A stretch of DNA of 64,000 bases from a virus, in the IMG/VR virus record IMGVR_UViG_3300047300_000501, positions 1 through 64,000 of that record; one strand, given 5' to 3'. Shown here in pieces: positions 1-7,258 of the stretch; position 1 is the stretch's first letter, and each line of letters starts with the position of its first letter. The notes below the pieces were generated by a model. That model was not told the DNA's origin. It saw nothing but the letters and a program-made list of their open reading frames with translations, and ran no database searches. The translations under genes and the position numbers were made by a program.

Positions 1-77
1 ATTTCACCCATAAGAGTGCGTGAACGATATTCTTTACCTACTAATAGGTCTTTAACTGTGTATACATTTGCTGACAT
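1..77 (-). CDS. Small hypothetical phage protein (partial, runs off window start)
   Basis: Manual translation MSANVYTVKDLLVGKEYRSRTLMGE...; SD AGAAAGGTG at 85-93 and promoter at 113-135 on the minus strand. Confidence 0.7.
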   Translation of the reverse strand, partial: MSANVYTVKDLLVGKEYRSRTLMGE

Positions 78-112
78 AAGTTGTCACCTTTCTTTAATTA
101 ACTTGATATAAA

Positions 113-135
113 TATCCTATCATGGGGGACTGACA
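113..135 (-). promoter_or_regulatory. PafBC/RecA-NDp-type promoter (TGTCAG-N10-TAGGAT)
   Basis: Minus strand TGTCAGTCCCCCATGATAGGATA; near-identical copy at 761-783; fits actinobacterial TGTCRG-N10-TAnnnT. Confidence 0.65.
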
Positions 136-184
136 TTTTTCAACTTACTAGAGAGTAATTCCAAACTTTGAGACGCTCAAGTCC

Positions 185-200
185 TGTGATTAATCTCACA
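185..200. promoter_or_regulatory. CRP/GlxR-type palindrome
   Basis: TGTGA-TTAATC-TCACA, perfect TGTGA-N6-TCACA. Confidence 0.65.
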
Positions 201-212
201 TCGTACGTAAGG

Positions 213-233
213 TTATACACAGCCTGTGGATAA
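213..233. promoter_or_regulatory. Inverted pair of DnaA boxes
   Basis: TTATACACA (213-221) and TGTGGATAA (225-233, reverse complement TTATCCACA). Confidence 0.65.
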
Positions 234-293
234 CTCCTCGGGCCCCATTAGTTGAAATTTCAAGCAGTTTATTCACTTGCTTAGGTGATCACT

Positions 294-389
294 TTATTTA
301 GTGAATTTTTCTTTTATTAATTCACGAACAATAAAAAGAATTGGCAACCACAAAAATAATTGCACTAGTGAAGTTATAAATCTATTCAT
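294..389 (-). CDS. 31-aa hydrophobic (membrane) peptide
   Basis: MNRFITSLVQLFLWLPILFIVRELIKEKFTK; start overlaps the stop of the upstream gene. Confidence 0.5.
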   Translation of the reverse strand: MNRFITSLVQLFLWLPILFIVRELIKEKFTK

Positions 390-546
390 TACATGCCTCC
401 ATAAATTTTTCCATATTAAATCGTGGGTTATCTTCTGCAAACCAAAAAGCGAAATCGTCAATCAAGACATCAAGGCGACAGTGTTCACCTTGTGAGTGCT
501 TAGAAATAATTTTTGCTACTTCTATATAGTCTTTGCGAGTCATCAT
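382..546 (-). CDS. 54-aa phage protein (MTRKDY...DNPRF..F..AC type)
   Basis: MMTRKDYIEVAKIISKHSQGEHCRLDVLIDDFAFWFAEDNPRFNMEKFMEACNE; TAATG coupling to the upstream gene. Confidence 0.7.
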   Translation of the reverse strand: MMTRKDYIEVAKIISKHSQGEHCRLDVLIDDFAFWFAEDNPRFNMEKFMEACNE

Positions 547-728
547 TATTTAGCGACTCCTCTCAAAGTACCACGAACGCCCAAAGCGTCGCAGGTAACT
601 TTAACAGAAATACCAACTGGCAACTTTGCAGGGTATGTTGAAATAAATTGAGCAACTGCACCCTTTGAAGGGAGAGCAATTTTTGAAGTTGAACCTGTGA
701 AGGTTTCTAGTGTAACAATGTAGTTCAT
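546..728 (-). CDS. Hypothetical protein
   Basis: ORF track 546..737; likely start ATG 728 after SD AGAAAGGTGG. Confidence 0.7.
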   Translation of the reverse strand: MNYIVTLETFTGSTSKIALPSKGAVAQFISTYPAKLPVGISVKVTCDALGVRGTLRGVAK

Positions 729-760
729 GAGAACCACCTTTCTTTTTAAGTTGATAAGAC

Positions 761-783
761 TATCCTATCATGGGGGTCTGACA
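761..783 (-). promoter_or_regulatory. PafBC/RecA-NDp-type promoter
   Basis: Minus strand TTGTCAGACCCCCATGATAGGATA; 22/23 identical to 113-135. Confidence 0.65.
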
Positions 784-792
784 AATAGAGGC

Positions 793-846
793 TTTATTTG
801 CTTAGGCTCACTGTGATTCTAGTCACATTTATTTGCTAAGGCTCAC
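793..846. repeat. 19-bp direct repeat flanking a perfect CRP-type palindrome
   Basis: TTTATTTGCTWAGGCTCAC at 793-811 and 828-846 around TGTGA-TTCTAG-TCACA (812-827). Confidence 0.8.
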
Positions 847-880
847 GCTTATTTATCCTTATTTAATTGTTTATAGTAAC

Positions 881-962
881 TATACTAGCAGAGAAAGTCC
901 AAAAAGTCAAGACGACACGCCGTAACTTAAGTGTGTTTTAGGTCACATTTTCCTCGGGCCCC
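881..962 (-). promoter_or_regulatory. Regulatory module: GGGGCCCGAGG, CRP-like site, GACACGCCGT box, sigma70-type promoter
   Basis: Minus: GGGGCCCGAGG (962-952), TGTGA-N6-ACACA (947-932), ACGACACGCCGT box (912-923 on plus), TTGACT-17-TAGTAT with extended TG. Confidence 0.65.
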
Positions 963-972
963 TTTTTGGCGA

Positions 973-1074
973 TTATTTTATTTTATCTAAAATCTTTTCT
1001 AATTCTTTTAGTTGTTCTAAGTTTAGATGATCCAAATTAATTGCATCGCTAAATCCAAATAAATCTTTTTCCAT
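973..1074 (-). CDS. 33-aa hypothetical peptide
   Basis: MEKDLFGFSDAINLDHLNLEQLKELEKILDKIK; GAGG SD, packed directly behind the upstream ORF. Confidence 0.55.
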   Translation of the reverse strand: MEKDLFGFSDAINLDHLNLEQLKELEKILDKIK

Positions 1075-1075
1075 T

Positions 1076-1165
1076 TTAGTTTTCCTCAATTTCTTTTAGT
1101 GTTTCCCATAGAATTGGTTCTAAGGCTTTTGCAGCCTCATCTAATTTTTCTTGAAGTGTTTTCAT
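1076..1165 (-). CDS. 29-aa acidic helical peptide
   Basis: MKTLQEKLDEAAKALEPILWETLKEIEEN. Confidence 0.5.
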   Translation of the reverse strand: MKTLQEKLDEAAKALEPILWETLKEIEEN

Positions 1166-1269
1166 TATTCGAAATCCCCCCAGCAATCAGGGCATTCAAT
1201 TACATCATCAACGCTAAACCACATTGATTCCATAGGCTCATCACATGAGCGACAATTAAGAGTTATCAT
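1138..1269 (-). CDS. Small CxxC...CxxC zinc-ribbon peptide
   Basis: MITLNCRSCDEPMESMWFSVDDVIECPDCWG...; SD AGAAAGGT, TAATG coupling. Confidence 0.6.
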
Positions 1270-1433
1270 TATTTACTACCTTTCTGATAAAGAAATCCCC
1301 ATGCCTTACGGCAGATTAAAATGCTTTCGCAATTATCACAGCAGATAATTTCATTGTTTAATTCTAGGTCATAGATATCTATGCTAGTTGTTTTATCTCC
1401 ACATAGGGAGCGGACATTTATATAAGTGCTCAT
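1269..1433 (-). CDS. 54-aa Cys-rich protein
   Basis: MSTYINVRSLCGDK...IICCDNCESILICRKAWG...; SD GAGGTGG, ATGA overlap. Confidence 0.6.
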   Translation of the reverse strand: MSTYINVRSLCGDKTTSIDIYDLELNNEIICCDNCESILICRKAWGFLYQKGSK

Positions 1434-1627
1434 TTACGACCACCTCTCTTTCCAGCGTATCGCTGAAAGTATCTTGCAACTGAACAATCGTTGCATTTAT
1501 GTTGAATATGATTCTCTCCAGAATAGAGAGGGAGCACTGAGAAATTCTCATGCTTACATTGACCATTACCTAAGAAACGATTAGGGATATGGAAGAAATA
1601 TTTAGGGGTAGTGTAGAAAGCGTTCAT
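1430..1627 (-). CDS. Small Cys/His-containing hypothetical protein
   Basis: ORF track; CKH...CNDC; TAATG coupling. Confidence 0.55.
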   Translation of the reverse strand: MNAFYTTPKYFFHIPNRFLGNGQCKHENFSVLPLYSGENHIQHKCNDCSVARYFQRYAGKRGGRK

Positions 1628-1809
1628 TAGTTAGACACCTTCCAATTTGTCCACATAGGTAGACGCTCAGGGTCAGTATCATCATACCAACGCTCAATAT
1701 TTTGTTCACAACTTTCGCAGAATGTGAATTGGTCATCTCCTACCATAGAGATAGCAGATTTATTTGGTACATGTGTTTTACATGTATCGTTAATTGTTAG
1801 TGTAGTCAT
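1627..1809 (-). CDS. Small CxxH/CxxC hypothetical protein
   Basis: ORF track; SD AGAAAGGTGG upstream. Confidence 0.7.
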   Translation of the reverse strand: MTTLTINDTCKTHVPNKSAISMVGDDQFTFCESCEQNIERWYDDTDPERLPMWTNWKVSN

Positions 1810-1866
1810 TTTAGACCACCTTTCTTTTTAGTAGTTAAGAACCTTTCTCAACCTTCTATACATAGA

Positions 1867-1890
1867 AGTCTAACACCTACCACTGACAAA
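1867..1890 (-). promoter_or_regulatory. PafBC/RecA-NDp-type promoter, full consensus
   Basis: Minus TTGTCAGTG-GTAGGTGT-TAGACT = tTGTCRgtg-8nt-TAnnnT. Confidence 0.7.
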
Positions 1891-1928
1891 TGCAGGTGTA
1901 CAAAACGGACATAAGGGATATATGGGAT

Positions 1929-2051
1929 TGTGATATACACCACATAAGTTATCCACATAGTTATCCACAGGGGGCCCGAGGGGACTGTGGGCTAAATCAC
2001 ATACGACACGCCGTGTTTGGGCTTGACTTTTGGGGTTCTGTGTGCTAGTAT
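1929..2051 (+). promoter_or_regulatory. Divergent control region: two CRP-like sites, tandem DnaA boxes, GGGGCCCGAGG, GACAC box, sigma70-type promoter
   Basis: TGTGA-N6-CCACA 1929-1944; TTATCCACA 1949-1957 and 1961-1969; GGGGCCCGAGG 1971-1981; TGTGG-N6-TCACA 1986-2001; ACGACACGCCGT 2003-2014; TTGACT(2023)-17-TAGTAT(2046). Confidence 0.7.
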
Positions 2052-2100
2052 TATCCTATAAGAAATTGAGAAAGTCTCAATAAAGAAAGGTGTTCATCAA

Positions 2101-2316
2101 ATGAATACACTAGATAAAAATACAATTAAACATTCTAAGTTTGGTCATCTCAATCTTGAACAGCGTATTAACCTCGCTGCTCAAATGATGGCAGACGGAG
2201 AGGTTATCTCTTTCCGTGGTGCTAGTGCTGCTACATACCAAAAGGTTGTAGCACTTGCTAATCGCATTAAGCAGGAACGTGAGTTCCCACAATGTCCATG
2301 TGAGGAGTGCATCTAA
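2101..2316 (+). CDS. Hypothetical protein with C-terminal CPCEEC
   Basis: ORF track; SD AGAAAGGTG; promoter upstream. Confidence 0.7.
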   Translation: MNTLDKNTIKHSKFGHLNLEQRINLAAQMMADGEVISFRGASAATYQKVVALANRIKQEREFPQCPCEECI

Positions 2317-2417
2317 TGCAACTCTTTCTATGTGATAATTGCTCAACGTTAGCAACAGTTAATTTTGACGGTAACACGATAACAATTTCAAAGTGTGCGT
2401 GTACATCTAAACAATAG
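2316..2417 (+). CDS. 33-aa Cys-rich peptide
   Basis: MQLFLCDNCSTLATVNFDGNTITISKCACTSKQ; TAATG coupling. Confidence 0.5.
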   Translation: MQLFLCDNCSTLATVNFDGNTITISKCACTSKQ

Positions 2418-2528
2418 GGTGCGTGTAGTGGGTACGATTATGTGCTCACTATATTTTTCTCTTTTTATTCTGTAGATCCTGTATCATACATCTGGTAAAA
2501 ATATTCAGATTTGTGGTAAAATGAATTT

Positions 2529-2705
2529 ATGGGAATTTTAGATAATTTAGAAAATGCCTGGGATGAGGAATTCTCCTTTGATCGTAGAAATCTGTCTGCA
2601 AAAATTTTTTCAGATTTGGTCTGTAAGGAATGTGAATCTAATCCTATGCCTATAACAGATAATATGGGAAGAGAAATTTTTTGGGAAGATCTAGGAAGAC
2701 CCTAA
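2529..2705 (+). CDS. 58-aa hypothetical protein (probably leaderless)
   Basis: MGILDNLENAWDEEF...CKEC...FWEDLGRP; TGGTAAAAT 6 nt upstream. Confidence 0.6.
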   Translation: MGILDNLENAWDEEFSFDRRNLSAKIFSDLVCKECESNPMPITDNMGREIFWEDLGRP

Positions 2706-3122
2706 AGATCCATACATTTTTGCAATAAAATCGGGGTCACCAAAGAAAGAGTCTTTATCATTTCTACGATAGGCTAAGTTATAACCCTTACTAGAAGCGT
2801 CTTCTAAGTACCAATCAATTACTTCTTGATTTGGATTTGGACCTACGTTAGTTAACACAATATAATTTTGACCTCTACGTGTAGCCATTATATGAGATAT
2901 CTCAGGTTTGAAATGTTCTGGGATATCTATATTTGTTAACCAATGGCATTTATATGTTTGACATGGATGTCTTGGACGATCTTCATATATCGTACAGCCT
3001 AAACCAATTTCCAAAAAATGGCAGGGTAGACCATTTCCAAACTTAATGCCATAAGCGCCACCAGACGTATATCCCTCACAGCATTTAGTACAAGAGCCAC
3101 AAGACCTACTTGATAATTCCAT
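2691..3122 (-). CDS. YkgJ-like CxxCxxCC cysteine-cluster protein
   Basis: CGSCTKCC...PCHFL...GCTIYEDRP..PCQTYKC. Confidence 0.75.
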   Translation of the reverse strand: MELSSRSCGSCTKCCEGYTSGGAYGIKFGNGLPCHFLEIGLGCTIYEDRPRHPCQTYKCHWLTNIDIPEHFKPEISHIMATRRGQNYIVLTNVGPNPNQEVIDWYLEDASSKGYNLAYRRNDKDSFFGDPDFIAKMYGSLGSS

Positions 3123-3291
3123 TTGATACTAACGCATCATATAACATAGAGTTTACATAGTCAAATTGCGGTTTGGCAGTTTCAATCCAAGAGTCTAGAG
3201 TATCTTGAGGCATCTTCTGATCTTCAGCCATTTGTCTATTCCATGCCACAACTGTCTTTGTCATTAATTCTACAACATCATCTTTTTCCAT
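3106..3291 (-). CDS. Hypothetical protein
   Basis: ORF track; part of a tightly packed minus-strand operon. Confidence 0.6.
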   Translation of the reverse strand: MEKDDVVELMTKTVVAWNRQMAEDQKMPQDTLDSWIETAKPQFDYVNSMLYDALVSNGIIK

Positions 3292-3294
3292 TTT

Positions 3295-3495
3295 TCACCA
3301 TTTCTCTAAAGGGCATTTTGCCTGTTGTAGTGTAGACTTTAATTTCATAAAGCATCCACACTTTTTGCATTTTGCAAGTCGTTTGTTAAACCAATCGCAT
3401 GAGTTACAAATATTTAATCTTGACTCAATTAACTCTCTATCCGATCTTGGCTGATTTGGATCAAACAGATCTGAAAATTTTACATCTTCAGACAC
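3295..3495 (-). CDS. Small Cys-rich protein (CxxC...CxxCGC...CP..KW), paralog of 10815..11024
   Basis: RLNICNSCDWF...CKKCGCFMKLKSTLQQAKCPLEKW. Confidence 0.75.
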   Translation of the reverse strand: MSEDVKFSDLFDPNQPRSDRELIESRLNICNSCDWFNKRLAKCKKCGCFMKLKSTLQQAKCPLEKW

Positions 3496-3555
3496 TATGC
3501 CAAATCCATACTGTCAACATTGACACAATTACTACTGGAATAGCAATAAATGCAA

Positions 3556-4326
3556 TCATTTCCATTCTATCTCCTGATCGTAGGTTACTGAGTATTCTCC
3601 CCCATACACTTCTGCATATGAGATGATATCTTTATTATACCTTACTACGGTATTTGAACCCACCTTATCGGCTAGAAACTTAATACCCTGGGTCAGTGGT
3701 GCAAAGTCCATTGAAAAGTCCTCAAACGCCTTGTTAAGGGCCTCTATGTATCTCTTCTTACCAAACCTCTTAGAGGTAAAAGATTGGTTTGGATATTGTT
3801 CTCTAAATAGATCATCTGCTTTTTTTGCAATGTCCGAATTGTCCATTATATACTTTAAAGATGGATGACTCATCTTATTAGACCAGTTTCGCATGTTATC
3901 GCCATAGTTTTCCATATTGCGTAATGTAGAATCGGCATAAGCCATGCGGATGTGGTCTTGTTCAGATGTTTGAACCTCTGTTGCGCCGACGATTAAAAAC
4001 GCAGTTGCATATGGAAATTTGTCGGTATAAGTCGATATACCGAAATGTACATTCGGATTAAAAGACTTGCTAGACATATTATCATCTAGTTTTCTCATGT
4101 GATTTCCGATTGAAACGTATTGAGATCTATTCATGTCACAGTCAACAAATAAACAATCCTCTATTGTTACCCCGTCGGAAAGACAAAGAATATTTTTGTC
4201 GTATGTTCCGACGACTTTAGAACCGTTATATCTATTTAAAAACTCTGCGGAAAGAAAACCATCCATATCTGGAGATATTATTAAATTTTTAGAATGCTCT
4301 AAGGTTTTTAGTATGGCTGTTTTCAT
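3556..4326 (-). CDS. DHH-superfamily phosphoesterase-like protein
   Basis: ISPDMDG motif I, FVDCD motif II, GNH in place of DHH; start uncertain (4326 or 4344). Confidence 0.5.
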   Translation of the reverse strand: MKTAILKTLEHSKNLIISPDMDGFLSAEFLNRYNGSKVVGTYDKNILCLSDGVTIEDCLFVDCDMNRSQYVSIGNHMRKLDDNMSSKSFNPNVHFGISTYTDKFPYATAFLIVGATEVQTSEQDHIRMAYADSTLRNMENYGDNMRNWSNKMSHPSLKYIMDNSDIAKKADDLFREQYPNQSFTSKRFGKKRYIEALNKAFEDFSMDFAPLTQGIKFLADKVGSNTVVRYNKDIISYAEVYGGEYSVTYDQEIEWK

Positions 4327-4360
4327 TTTTTTAAAATACTCCATTTATAATAGGTCTATC

Positions 4361-4648
4361 ATGAGCGCTCAAGACTGGCTTGGACTAATTCTGACATCGC
4401 TATCAATTCTAGCACTTGTTGCAGGGGCTGTCAAGTGGTATATCCAAACTCAAATTGAGCCAATCAAAGAAGCCGTTGAAGATATCAGAAAAGAAACAAA
4501 GACTAACGGTGGATCTTCAATGCGAGATGAAATTAAGCAGATCAAAATTGAGCAAGTTCATGCAAGAGAAAAGCGTCAGCAGCAAACTGAAAAAATAGAT
4601 CACCTTTACGACTTATTTGTAGAGTATCTTGCTAAGAATTCAAAGTAA
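4361..4648 (+). CDS. Membrane-anchored coiled-coil protein (holin-like/lysis accessory candidate)
   Basis: Likely start ATG 4361 (TATAAT 9 nt upstream); N-terminal TM WLGLILTSLSILALVAGAVKWY; NGGSSMRD motif. Confidence 0.55.
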   Translation: MSAQDWLGLILTSLSILALVAGAVKWYIQTQIEPIKEAVEDIRKETKTNGGSSMRDEIKQIKIEQVHAREKRQQQTEKIDHLYDLFVEYLAKNSK

Positions 4649-4855
4649 CTATATACTATATATAATATATTAATATATAAACCCTTTAGAGATAGTTTTC
4701 TTTTCTTATATATATTTAAGTATACACTATCTGTATTCCTGGCAATCTATGACTTACTATTACAAAACGGACAAAAGGTATTATAACAATTTGGTAAACT
4801 TTTTATCACTTGATTCTAAATGTCCTAATTATACCTATATGATATACTTTTATCT

Positions 4856-4903
4856 GATACCTAGGATAGTTCTCTCATACCCACCTATCCTGGGTATCTT
4901 TTT
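4856..4903 (+). terminator. 14-bp hairpin with T-tract (terminator or small RNA)
   Basis: GATACCTAGGATAG / CTATCCTGGGTATC, 15-nt loop, followed by TTTTT; TGATATACT promoter-like element at 4840-4848. Confidence 0.6.
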
Positions 4904-4926
4904 AATTTAATGGTATAATCAAGATT

Positions 4927-5304
4927 ATGACTATTTGTGGACCTGAGATTTTTGGTGCTGATCCTGTTAGGATTAAGTGGAATGTTGTTAGAGGAGATAC
5001 TGCTTCTATCAGAGTTGAGTTTTTAAATGATGATGAAGTAACATATTTTGATACCTCTGATTGGACCTACTCTGCAAGTTCCTATGATCCAAAGGGAGAC
5101 ATTATTGATGAACTTACAGTTACCCCAGGAAATGGATATGTAGATATTCTTGCAGGTCCTGACCTTACACAATATTGGGGAACTGGATACGGATCTCAAT
5201 TAGCAGAGTTGTCATTTGACTTACAGGTAACAATTGATGATCTTGTGTGGACACCAGTGATTGGAAGCATCCTTGTAATTGGGGATGTAAGTGGTTCACT
5301 ATAA
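4927..5304 (+). CDS. Virion-associated beta-sandwich protein (BppU-N-like; paralog family RGDT/KGDT)
   Basis: IKWNVVRGDT...FDLQV...PVIGSILVIGDVS; similar to 6896 and 15503. Confidence 0.55.
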   Translation: MTICGPEIFGADPVRIKWNVVRGDTASIRVEFLNDDEVTYFDTSDWTYSASSYDPKGDIIDELTVTPGNGYVDILAGPDLTQYWGTGYGSQLAELSFDLQVTIDDLVWTPVIGSILVIGDVSGSL

Positions 5305-5390
5305 TGGCTGTTATTAAAGTAACTAGTCCTAAGCCACAATTGCCTTCTGTTATTAAAGTTGGTAATAAGACTTACAAAGTAAATAAATGA
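5304..5390 (+). CDS. 28-aa basic peptide
   Basis: MAVIKVTSPKPQLPSVIKVGNKTYKVNK; TAATG coupling. Confidence 0.5.
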   Translation: MAVIKVTSPKPQLPSVIKVGNKTYKVNK

Positions 5391-5402
5391 TATAATAACA
5401 AC

Positions 5403-5684
5403 ATGGCTACTCACTCACTACAAACATTATCTAATACAACTCCACTACGATTGACCCCAAACGGTGTTCACTCTGGCATGGATATAACTCTTCAAAACGT
5501 AAATGATTCTGGATATGTTTATGTTGGTGGATCAGATGTATCAACAACTAATTATGGATTTAGAATTATGCCAAACCATTCGATATCATTTGAGTTGCCA
5601 GGTAGCGATTCTTTGTATGCAGTATCTTCTGTAAATGCGATGAAGGTTGCAGTTTTGCAAACTAATCTTGAGGCTGGTCAGTAA
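5403..5684 (+). CDS. Small putative virion protein
   Basis: ORF track; LQN...VYVGGSDV...YGFRI motif; leaderless promoter. Confidence 0.6.
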   Translation: MATHSLQTLSNTTPLRLTPNGVHSGMDITLQNVNDSGYVYVGGSDVSTTNYGFRIMPNHSISFELPGSDSLYAVSSVNAMKVAVLQTNLEAGQ

Positions 5685-6130
5685 TGGCACGTTTTACACA
5701 TCCAGCATTTGGGGATGTAGGTGGACTCACTACAGAAATTAAAAGTTATGCTCCTATATGGTCTGGCACAGGACTTGCATTTACTGGTACTCCAGCAACA
5801 GGATCTTATATTAAAATAGGAAACCTAATACAAGTTCAAATGGATGTATTGTTTACAACAGTTACTAATTTTGGAACTGGTCAATATTCTCTAACATTGC
5901 CAATAGCATCTAAGTATCATACAGATGTTTATGGTGGATCTATTCATCATGCAAATAATGGTGCTACTGATCACTACAGCCTTAAGGGTCATCTGTCCCC
6001 TGGAAGTATTGGCATGACAGTTTGGAACTTAAAGTCAAGTGCTCTTGATGAACCATTTGATCACAATTCACCATTTATATTAGACATCAATGATAAATTT
6101 CATATGTCATTTTCTTATATCTGTGAATAA
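5684..6130 (+). CDS. Tail-fibre tip-like beta protein
   Basis: GSYIKIGNLI...GTGQYSLTLP motif typical of fibre C-terminal domains. Confidence 0.55.
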   Translation: MARFTHPAFGDVGGLTTEIKSYAPIWSGTGLAFTGTPATGSYIKIGNLIQVQMDVLFTTVTNFGTGQYSLTLPIASKYHTDVYGGSIHHANNGATDHYSLKGHLSPGSIGMTVWNLKSSALDEPFDHNSPFILDINDKFHMSFSYICE

Positions 6131-6150
6131 TAATATGAGATAATAGCAGC

Positions 6151-6888
6151 ATGGCTGTTTCTAAATCAATGGATTTTCCTGGTGCAAAAAAATCTTCTTA
6201 TGCTGCACAAGTAGAGCAGAGTCAAGCAAATCCTTATCAAGAAAATGTATTATCCTTTCTTCCAGTTCCAGGCCCAGTAGGTCCACAGGGGTCACCAGGA
6301 AGAGATGGCAAGGACGGCAAAGATGGAAAGCAGGGGCCAGAAGGTCCAGAAGGAAAACCAGGACCAAAAGGTTTACAAGGGCCTCCAGGCAAAGATGGAT
6401 TAAGTTCTTTATCATCTTCAGGACAACAAGCAGGATGGGCCTCATATCATAATAAAGTTGAGAAACCGTTCAAACTTGGAATATCTGAAGGAGAAGATGG
6501 ATGGGTAACAGTATTTTTACTTTCTGATGGATTGTCTAATGAGAAGTATTTGCCAAAAGGTTGCACTCCTTTGTGGAATGATCATGCAAGAGCCTTTAAT
6601 TTCAGGGGACTTGAAGAAGGCGCTCAAGTATTCATAACTTATAGTTTTGAATTGACTACCTATAGCAGTAATACTGAGGTGTGGATTAGAACATATTCTG
6701 CAAATAGCGATTTAGATATTTCTCAATTTATTGGATCACTTAAATATCAGCATACTTATCCAATTACCGTAACCCAGCACATTTTTATTGAAAATCAAAA
6801 AATATGGGGAAATGGTGCGGTACCACAGATACGTACTGATTACGATGCCTCAGTAGTTCTTAAATCTATATACGTCAGCGTGGTATAA
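6151..6888 (+). CDS. Collagen-like (Gly-X-Y)14 virion protein
   Basis: GPVGPQGSPGRDGKDGKDGKQGPEGPEGKPGPKGLQGPPGKD at 6271-6396. Confidence 0.8.
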   Translation: MAVSKSMDFPGAKKSSYAAQVEQSQANPYQENVLSFLPVPGPVGPQGSPGRDGKDGKDGKQGPEGPEGKPGPKGLQGPPGKDGLSSLSSSGQQAGWASYHNKVEKPFKLGISEGEDGWVTVFLLSDGLSNEKYLPKGCTPLWNDHARAFNFRGLEEGAQVFITYSFELTTYSSNTEVWIRTYSANSDLDISQFIGSLKYQHTYPITVTQHIFIENQKIWGNGAVPQIRTDYDASVVLKSIYVSVV

Positions 6889-6895
6889 TAAAACT

Positions 6896-7258
6896 ATGGC
6901 ATTTCCAGGAACATATAATATTAACTATTACAAGGGTGACACCCTAGAGTTTCGTGTTTACCCAAAATTAGCAGACGGAACAGCATATGATCTAACTGGT
7001 TATACTGTAAAATTTTCTTTTTCTACAGCCCGTGGATCTGCTGGTAGTTCAAACTATCACGAGGCATATGCATCTATATCATCAGACAAGACTTATGTTA
7101 CTTGCGTAATCAGACCAGCAGACGCATCAAGTTTAAATGCTGGTACTTCATATGTTTACGATGTTGAAGTTACAAAATCTGCAACACCATACCCATTTGT
7201 TCATACAATTTTGACTGGCAATATAACAGTTACAGATCAAGTGAGCGTAACAGTATAA
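6896..7258 (+). CDS. Virion-associated beta-sandwich protein (BppU-N-like paralog)
   Basis: YNINYYKGDT...YDLTGY...YVYDVEV...TILTGNITVTDQV. Confidence 0.6.
   Translation: MAFPGTYNINYYKGDTLEFRVYPKLADGTAYDLTGYTVKFSFSTARGSAGSSNYHEAYASISSDKTYVTCVIRPADASSLNAGTSYVYDVEVTKSATPYPFVHTILTGNITVTDQVSVTV

Noticed and set aside
793-846. IdeR/DtxR iron boxes in the direct repeat
   Set aside because: Only about 12 of 19 positions match and the palindrome is poor.
4133-4360. N-terminal extension of ORF 4133..4648
   Set aside because: It overlaps the minus-strand DHH-like gene; ATG 4361 with an upstream TATAAT is the better start.
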